Assembly (NCBI GenBank): GCA_016188495.1
Contig: JACPHU010000002.1
Location: 7,363 to 71,362, forward strand
DNA length: 64,000 nucleotides
Direction: 5' to 3'
Origin: Candidatus Uhrbacteria bacterium
GTDB taxonomy: Bacteria; Patescibacteriota; Patescibacteriia; UBA9934; GWF2-40-263
Of the stretch, positions 57,943 to 64,000 are shown piece by piece. The translations under genes were made by a program, and so were the position numbers. The first letter of the stretch is position 1; each line of letters starts with the position of its first letter. A model generated the notes under the pieces. The model did no database searches, was not told the origin of the DNA, and worked only from the letters and a program-made list of their open reading frames with translations.

Positions 57943-58995
57943 ATGAATGATCCAATCATCAGTCTCCATATCGTAACCTGGAATTCGATGCGATTTCTTC
58001 CAGATTTATTATCATCGATCAAAGAACAGACTTTTAAAGAAATAAATATTCTTATCATTGATAATGCTTCAAGTGATGGTGTTGAAGATTTTGTCAAAGA
58101 GCACTATCCGGAGATTGTATTTATACGTAATGCCAGAAATCTTGGTTTTTCAGCAGCTCATAATCAGGGTATTCGTTATGCGATTGAACATTGGCCGAAG
58201 GAAGCGCTCCAAGATCGGTTTATCCTGTTAACCAATCCGGACATCATTTTTACCCCAACGTATCTTGAAGAACTCATCGCCTCTGCACGTGTGCATCCAG
58301 AAGTGGCAAGTTTTGGAGGAAAACTGTTGAGGGCTTTTGGAGAAAACATTGGGGATGAAGTATTTAAACAAACCGTTCGTTCTGATCGTTTGGATTCCGT
58401 AGGACTTAATCCACATAGAAATTATACGGTCACTGACCGTGGAGCTGGAGAACTAGATCAGGGTCAGTATGATGAAGAAGCCTTTGTCTTTGGTATTTCT
58501 GGGGCCCTTGTTTTATTTCGGGCTTCCTCACTAGAGGATGTTCGTTATCAAGATGAAATTTTAGATCATCATTTTTTTGCCTATAAAGAGGATGTGGATC
58601 TTGCTTGGCGTTTACAGCAGGCAGGTTGGGACGCTTTCTATGTTCCTCGTGCGGTTGCCTATCATTATCGCGGAATGTATGGACCAGAAAAAAGCGGTCT
58701 GTGGCAGCGATTGCGCAATCATCGTTCAAAATCTTCTTTACGGAATTTTTTTTCAACAAGAAACCATTGGTTAATGCTCATCAAGAATATTCATAGCCGT
58801 CATTTTTTTCTCGCTCTTCCCTGGATTGCTTTCTATGAAGGGGGAAGACTGATATATGTCTTATTTTTCGAACATTCCGGACTTCGAACAATAAAAGAAA
58901 CGTGTTCATTGTTTCCCGTGATGTTAAAAAAACGTGCACACGTGTTTAAAAAAGCAAAACGTTCAGCGAAAGATCTTCGCCATTGGTTTGTATGA
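57943..58995 (+). CDS. family-2 glycosyltransferase
   Basis: LHIVTWNS...ILIIDNASSDG...NLGFSAAHNQG GT2 signature. Confidence 0.8.
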   Translation: MNDPIISLHIVTWNSMRFLPDLLSSIKEQTFKEINILIIDNASSDGVEDFVKEHYPEIVFIRNARNLGFSAAHNQGIRYAIEHWPKEALQDRFILLTNPDIIFTPTYLEELIASARVHPEVASFGGKLLRAFGENIGDEVFKQTVRSDRLDSVGLNPHRNYTVTDRGAGELDQGQYDEEAFVFGISGALVLFRASSLEDVRYQDEILDHHFFAYKEDVDLAWRLQQAGWDAFYVPRAVAYHYRGMYGPEKSGLWQRLRNHRSKSSLRNFFSTRNHWLMLIKNIHSRHFFLALPWIAFYEGGRLIYVLFFEHSGLRTIKETCSLFPVMLKKRAHVFKKAKRSAKDLRHWFV

Positions 58996-59825
58996 TTGAC
59001 GTCTCTATTCTCATTGTTCACTACAATACCCCGGGACTGTTGCGGCAGACGCTCAAAGGAATTCGTCGGGCTGCTCCCAAACTTTCTTATGAAGTGATCG
59101 TGGTTGATAATAATCCTGCCATGCGCGTTGGGGAAATGATCACACGAGAATTTCCTGAAACGATTTGTCTTGTTCAAGAACAAAACGTTGGTTTTGGTTC
59201 TGGAATGAATGCAGCAATGGAGAGAGCGAAGGGAAGTTATTTTTTTATTTTTAATCCTGACATGATTCTCATGCCAGAGGCTCTTGAAAAGCTTAAGGCG
59301 TTTATGGATCTTCACCCGAAGGTTGGGGTTTTGGGGCCTCGACTTTCTCACCCCGATGGCTCTTTGCAATACAGCAGCTATCGTTTTATGGATCCTTTGG
59401 TGATTTTCTATCGCCGTATTCCTTTTTTAAGATCCCTTTCTTTTGCGAAACGTTGTGTGGACCAGTATTTGATGGTTGGGGAAGATGCAAATAAAACGCG
59501 AGATGTTGATTATCTTTTAGGGGCCGCCTTATTTGTTCGTGCTAAGGCTGTGACGGAAGTCGGTGGGTTTGATCCAGCTTTTTTTGTGTATTTTGAAGAT
59601 CAAGATTGGTGTCGCCGTTTTTGGGAAGCCGGATGGAGAGTCGTTTATTACCCTCAGGTCAACCTTATTCATTACCATCGTCGCGAGACCGCGGAAGGGG
59701 GTTTTTTAAAACAGCTGTTAAATCCGTTAACCTGGATCCAGGTAAAAAGTGCTCTTTATTATTATAAGAAGTATCATAAGAGACATGTCGCACACAACAA
59801 ACTTTCTTCATCACACACAGACTGA
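58983..59825 (+). CDS. family-2 glycosyltransferase
   Basis: ILIVHYNTP...VIVVDNNP...NVGFGSGMNAA GT2 signature. Confidence 0.8.
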   Translation: MVCMIDVSILIVHYNTPGLLRQTLKGIRRAAPKLSYEVIVVDNNPAMRVGEMITREFPETICLVQEQNVGFGSGMNAAMERAKGSYFFIFNPDMILMPEALEKLKAFMDLHPKVGVLGPRLSHPDGSLQYSSYRFMDPLVIFYRRIPFLRSLSFAKRCVDQYLMVGEDANKTRDVDYLLGAALFVRAKAVTEVGGFDPAFFVYFEDQDWCRRFWEAGWRVVYYPQVNLIHYHRRETAEGGFLKQLLNPLTWIQVKSALYYYKKYHKRHVAHNKLSSSHTD

Positions 59826-61803
59826 TGTCGTTAAGCAAAAAAGGAGACGCACGCGTCTTGTGCGAATGATTTTGTTGTTCGTTTTTTTCGCGATTCTTTT
59901 CTGGACGATGGCCCTTCTGGCGGCTTCTGCTTACGTTGCCGTTCACATGTTTGATGCAAAGCAAGACATGCTTGAGGCAAAAGAGTTTGCTCAAGAGTTA
60001 ATCTTCGAAGACGCACAGGTTGCTTTACAGCACGCCGTAGATTCGTTTGATTCTGCAAGAGTAGGTTTGTCGGTTATTGCCTCCGTGCAATGGATTCCTG
60101 TTGTGGGTCGTTCTGTTGAATTGTTTGTCGATAGTATTCATTCGAGCGAGTTGTTTATTGAGGCGTTGATTCCTTTGTTTGATTTAGGCGACGATCTAGT
60201 GCGTTTATCAGGTTTGTCAAAGGAAGAGCTGATGAAGATGCAGCAAGGTATGACTCCTGAGATCACGTTTGGCGATCTTTCTTCGGAAACCAAGCAGGCA
60301 ATTTTGGCCCGCCTAAGCGCTTCTGCCGAAGACCTGGATTTACTCCTTGCACGCATGGATATCGTAAATGAAGAACTGCTTTTATTATCAGAAGATGTCC
60401 AGATACAACCCTTTCTCGTTTTTTTGGATCCCATAAAACAGCAGTTGGATCAAATGCGAGCATCTTTAAGTATTCTTTCTATTGGAGCACGCCTTTTGCC
60501 TGATTTTGCTGGATTAGATCAACCAGCCACGCTATTGCTCCTTTTTTTGAATAATACAGAACTTAGACCTGCCGGAGGTTTTATCGGTTCTTACGGTGTT
60601 CTTAAAACATTTTCTGGAGATATTTCCCAGTTGGAAACAGCAGACGTTTACACTCTTGACGATGCAGCCGCATCCAAGATTCAACGGACGGCCCCTACAC
60701 CTTTGCAAACCTATAACGCGACAACGAAATGGTTTTTCCGAGATGCGAATTGGTCTCCGGATTTTCCTGCTTCCTCCCAAGCAGCAATGTCTCTTTTTCT
60801 TGAAGAGGTAGGTTTTATTGAGGATCTTACCGAAATTCCTTCATCAAAAGCGTTTGACGGAGTCATTGGGATCACTCCAGATTATGTCGCTGATCTTTTG
60901 GTTCTGACGGGTCCTATCACGATCGGGTCTCAAACGTTTACGAGCGAAAATATTATTGACGCGCTCGAATATCAGGTTGAATTTGGCTATAAAACTCAAG
61001 GAATTCCTGTTCATCAGCGAAAAGCTCTTTTAGCTGATTTGGTGAATGAGCTTAAATCACGTCTCTATCAGCTTCCTTCCAAGCGTTGGGAAGAAGTGCT
61101 TCGTGTGACCCAGAAAGCCCTCAAAGAAAAACAGCTTTTGCTTTACAGTACAAACAGTCAAACTCAAGAAATGTTGCAGAGTGTGGGATGGGCAGGTTCG
61201 GTAGCTTCTTCCACGAGCGATACACTCATGGTGGTGGACGCCAACCTCGCCAGTTTAAAATCAGATCCAGCGGTTGAGCGTTCTGTGCAGTATGAGCTGT
61301 TTAAAAATGCTTCAGAGCAGTGGATTGGAAGAGTCTCTATTACCTATAACCATAAGGGAGTATTTGATTGGAAAACGACTCGTTATCGAACGTATACCAG
61401 AGTTTATCTTCCCCTTGGATCAACGCTTATTCGCTCTCGTGGAAGCTGGCTAAATGACAAAACACAAAATCCAACCAAGGCCGTGGGTCCTGTAGATCAA
61501 GTGGACGAATTGGGTTTTACTTCATTTGGAACATTTACGTCTGTGGAGCCAGGCGAACAAAGTATGCTGGTATTTGAGTTTCAGCCCTCCACTCAAGTGA
61601 TCCAACAAATTGAAGTAGATCAGTATGATTTAACGGTTCTGAAACAGGCCGGGGCTCAGAATAATGCGTTGACGATCGACCTCGATTTTGATAAGAATGT
61701 GACACACGCGAGACCTTCCGAGGATGCTCAACAATGGGGAGATGATAGATATCGTTTGAACACCATTTTAGATCAAGACCTAGAAATTTACGTGTCATTG
61801 TAA
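59749..61803 (+). CDS. DUF4012-like membrane-anchored protein
   Basis: N-terminal TM helix; FLNNTELRPAGGFIGSYG motif recalled from DUF4012 proteins in polysaccharide loci. Confidence 0.45.
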   Translation: MLFIIIRSIIRDMSHTTNFLHHTQTDVVKQKRRRTRLVRMILLFVFFAILFWTMALLAASAYVAVHMFDAKQDMLEAKEFAQELIFEDAQVALQHAVDSFDSARVGLSVIASVQWIPVVGRSVELFVDSIHSSELFIEALIPLFDLGDDLVRLSGLSKEELMKMQQGMTPEITFGDLSSETKQAILARLSASAEDLDLLLARMDIVNEELLLLSEDVQIQPFLVFLDPIKQQLDQMRASLSILSIGARLLPDFAGLDQPATLLLLFLNNTELRPAGGFIGSYGVLKTFSGDISQLETADVYTLDDAAASKIQRTAPTPLQTYNATTKWFFRDANWSPDFPASSQAAMSLFLEEVGFIEDLTEIPSSKAFDGVIGITPDYVADLLVLTGPITIGSQTFTSENIIDALEYQVEFGYKTQGIPVHQRKALLADLVNELKSRLYQLPSKRWEEVLRVTQKALKEKQLLLYSTNSQTQEMLQSVGWAGSVASSTSDTLMVVDANLASLKSDPAVERSVQYELFKNASEQWIGRVSITYNHKGVFDWKTTRYRTYTRVYLPLGSTLIRSRGSWLNDKTQNPTKAVGPVDQVDELGFTSFGTFTSVEPGEQSMLVFEFQPSTQVIQQIEVDQYDLTVLKQAGAQNNALTIDLDFDKNVTHARPSEDAQQWGDDRYRLNTILDQDLEIYVSL

Positions 61804-61805
61804 AA

Positions 61806-62000
61806 TTTTTTTCTAAAATTGATGAGATTTCGTTGAATGGGGAAACCCGTCCGAACGGACATAAGGCCGGGCGGGTTGGCGACAGAGCTGTATTCACATA
61901 CAGTGACCCTTCGATAGACTCAGGATCAGTCTGAGCTTGTCGAAGACTGACGAGCCAATGGGGCCCCATGAAACGAAAGATCGCAATTTTAGAAAAAATT
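61806..62000. repeat. family-1 variant repeat (copy J) with nested family-3 motif, abutting the mreB start
   Basis: TIR ttttttctaaaattg/caattttagaaaaaa; shares a 50-nt core with the repeat at 39116-39314; the interior contains ctgagcttgtcgaag and cccttcga blocks of family 3. Confidence 0.8.
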
Positions 62001-62006
62001 TGTATT

Positions 62007-63011
62007 ATGTTTCAAAGAAAAATTGGTATTGATTTGGGAACAACGACAGTATTGGTGTATGTCCCTAAGCGAGGGATTATTATTCACGAACCTTCTGTCG
62101 TTGCTGTTTCATGTATAGATAAGAAGGTACTAGCTGTAGGAAAAGAGGCAAAAGACATGTTGGGGCGCACTCCTGACACAATCGTCGCTCGTCGCCCTCT
62201 TAAAGATGGGGTCATTGCAGACTATCGAACGACCGAGGCGATGCTGCGTTATTTTATTAACAAAGCGTTGGGTGGCGTCCGATTATTCCGTCCCGAGGTT
62301 ATGGTGGCTGTTCCGGGGGGTATTACTTCTACAGAACGTCGTGCAGTGATTGATGCCACCTTGGCGGCCGGTGCCAAAGCGGCGTACATCATTAAAGAAC
62401 CGATCGTGGCGGCGATTGGAGCCAATATCCCTATCGGTTCTCCTTCGGGGCATATGATTATTGATATCGGAGGAGGGACTTCTGAAATGGCCGTGATTTC
62501 TCTTGGGGGAATTGTCGCTTCGGAATCTGTGCGTATCGGAGGCGTGAAATTTGACTCTTCTATTTCTGAGTATATTCGTCGAAAGTATGGACTTGCGGTA
62601 GGAGAGCGCACTGCGGAAGATATTAAAATCCAAATTGGCGCCGCTATGTATTTACCAGATAAGCTGGTCATGGAAGTAAAAGGTCGCGATATGGTGACGG
62701 GGCTGCCAAAAATCATTGAAGTCACCTCAGACGATGTGACAGCAGCCATTCAAAATGAGCTCGAAGGAATCATTAACACTGTCAAGGAGGTGCTTCATAA
62801 AACCCCTCCGGAGCTTTCCGCCGATGTGATGGATAAAGGAATTGTTCTTTCTGGTGGATCTTCTCAGTTGCGGAATTTAGATATGTTGATTGCCGAAGCC
62901 ACAGGTGTTCCAACCTTTTTGGCCGAGGATCCTCAGCAGTGCGTGGCAAAGGGAACAGGGATTGCTCTAGAGAATTTGGAGGCGTATAAGCGATCTATTT
63001 TTACGTCTTAG
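62007..63011 (+). CDS. mreB: rod shape-determining actin homolog MreB
   Basis: IGIDLGTTT phosphate-1 motif, DIGGGTSE phosphate-2 motif, adenosine motif LSGGSS; the track ORF start lies inside the repeat, so trimmed to ATG 62007. Confidence 0.9.
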   Translation: MFQRKIGIDLGTTTVLVYVPKRGIIIHEPSVVAVSCIDKKVLAVGKEAKDMLGRTPDTIVARRPLKDGVIADYRTTEAMLRYFINKALGGVRLFRPEVMVAVPGGITSTERRAVIDATLAAGAKAAYIIKEPIVAAIGANIPIGSPSGHMIIDIGGGTSEMAVISLGGIVASESVRIGGVKFDSSISEYIRRKYGLAVGERTAEDIKIQIGAAMYLPDKLVMEVKGRDMVTGLPKIIEVTSDDVTAAIQNELEGIINTVKEVLHKTPPELSADVMDKGIVLSGGSSQLRNLDMLIAEATGVPTFLAEDPQQCVAKGTGIALENLEAYKRSIFTS

Positions 63012-63042
63012 TATTATTTTTTAAATTTTTTTTATACCCTGA

Positions 63043-63117
63043 GCTTGTCGAAGGGGCAAAGTATTTTTTACTATTCACCCTTCGACTACGCTCCCTTGGG
63101 TCGCTTCGCTCAGGGAA
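63043..63117. repeat. family-3 palindromic repeat (copy L2)
   Basis: ccctgagcttgtcgaagggg...cacccttcgac...gctcaggg inverted arms. Confidence 0.6.
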
Positions 63118-63129
63118 TATTCACATTTT

Positions 63130-64000
63130 ATGGATTCAGAATTAAATTTTCTTGATTCAAAAGCTTCTGTCATCTACGGAATTGATGCTCTTTCTGCAAA
63201 TAAAGAGAATCGAACAGGTGTAGAAAATTACAGCCGTTCTTTGATTCAATCCTTAAAAAACCACCCGCTTCAAAAGGATGAACGGGTGGTTTTATATTCG
63301 CTTTCTTCACTTGATGAGGAATTAAACAAGCTCCCTCAAGGGTGGTCTGCAAAGATTCTTTCTTGGTTTTTAAAACGTGGGTGGATGTCGATCCGGATGA
63401 GTTGGGAAATGATTTTTCATGCCCCTACCGTGTTGTTTGTTCCCGGTCAAGCGTTGCCTATTTTTTGTCCTCGCAGGGTTCTGACCACGATTCATGATGT
63501 GGCCTTTGCTCGCCGTCCTGATCTGTATGACCCTGTGGTACGCAAACGTCTCACACGAGTGACTAAACAAGCCGTAAAAAAAGCCACGCGCATTCTCGTT
63601 CCCTCACAGGCAACCAAGGACGATTTGGTTGAACTTTATAACGTTGATCCAGATCGGGTGACAGTGGTTCATTTGGCGGCGGACACGACTTTGTATCACC
63701 CCTACACCTCCCAGGAAGCCGCTTCTGTTTTGCAGAAATATCGACTCGGAACCAATTTTTTTCTTGTTGTGGGCCGATTAGAAAAAAAGAAAAATATCAC
63801 CACACTTATTCGGGCTTTTGAATTGTTTAAAAGCCGTCGTGGTGTTGGGGATCCCTTTGAACTTGTCTTTGCCGGGGAGCCGGGTTATGGCTATGAAAAG
63901 ATGAAGGCTTACTTTGATCTTTCTCCTGTTAAGTCTCACATTCGCCAGCTTGGCTATGTTCCAGATGAGGACCTGGCTCCTTTGATGAGCCAGGCGACGG
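63130..64000 (+). CDS. family-4 (GT-B, group 1) glycosyltransferase, 3' end truncated by the window edge
   Basis: manual translation gives 290 aa without a stop; FLVVGRLEKKKN and EPGYGYE segments are typical of GT4. Confidence 0.7.
   Translation, partial: MDSELNFLDSKASVIYGIDALSANKENRTGVENYSRSLIQSLKNHPLQKDERVVLYSLSSLDEELNKLPQGWSAKILSWFLKRGWMSIRMSWEMIFHAPTVLFVPGQALPIFCPRRVLTTIHDVAFARRPDLYDPVVRKRLTRVTKQAVKKATRILVPSQATKDDLVELYNVDPDRVTVVHLAADTTLYHPYTSQEAASVLQKYRLGTNFFLVVGRLEKKKNITTLIRAFELFKSRRGVGDPFELVFAGEPGYGYEKMKAYFDLSPVKSHIRQLGYVPDEDLAPLMSQAT

Overview
This is a 64 kb chromosomal segment from a low-GC bacterium, densely packed with housekeeping genes and coded on both strands. It uses the standard genetic code: TGA works as a stop in nth, ORF 30298, uvrD and the J-domain ORF. 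Recognisable genes are listed below.

- **Translation and transcription:** secE-nusG-rplK-rplA, rplY, prmC-prfA, rpmE, rpsB-tsf and rplJ-rplL.
- **Replication, repair and tRNA modification:** gyrB, nth, uvrD/pcrA, lexA, xseA-xseB, queA and tsaB.
- **Glycolysis:** a gap-pgk-eno-gpmI block.
- **Envelope:** ftsW/rodA, mltG, PAP2 phosphatase, mreB and four glycosyltransferases.
- **Other housekeeping:** metK, a malic enzyme, a cyclophilin and an archaeal-type pyrH-like kinase.

Several core proteins are unusually short (EF-Ts 195 aa, TsaB 136 aa, MetK 348 aa), which suggests a reduced-genome, possibly Patescibacteria/CPR-like lineage; that is inference.

The most striking feature is a set of palindromic, MITE/REP-like repeats in intergenic regions and 5' leaders, in three families with at least 15 copies. 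Family 1 (about 110-200 bp) has short and long modular forms and sub-variants. Copies abut start or stop codons of highly expressed genes (rplK/rplA, prmC, rpsB, lexA, metK, rplJ, GT2, mreB), and four copies bracket lexA. Artefactual ORF extensions and repeat-encoded peptides arise from these elements.

Other noteworthy points:
- A candidate SOS operator palindrome lies in the lexA/metK divergent region.
- A 400 nt GC-rich hairpin-dense noncoding region follows mltG and precedes a compositionally atypical Arg-rich ORF.
- An M50 protease homolog has HExxH replaced by HGxxH.
- A protein carries a C-terminal J-domain.
- A Cas4-like/TM0106-family nuclease is present.
- The L11-L1 and L10-L7/L12 ribosomal-protein operons are separated by about 48 kb.

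No rRNA, tRNA or CRISPR array was found.
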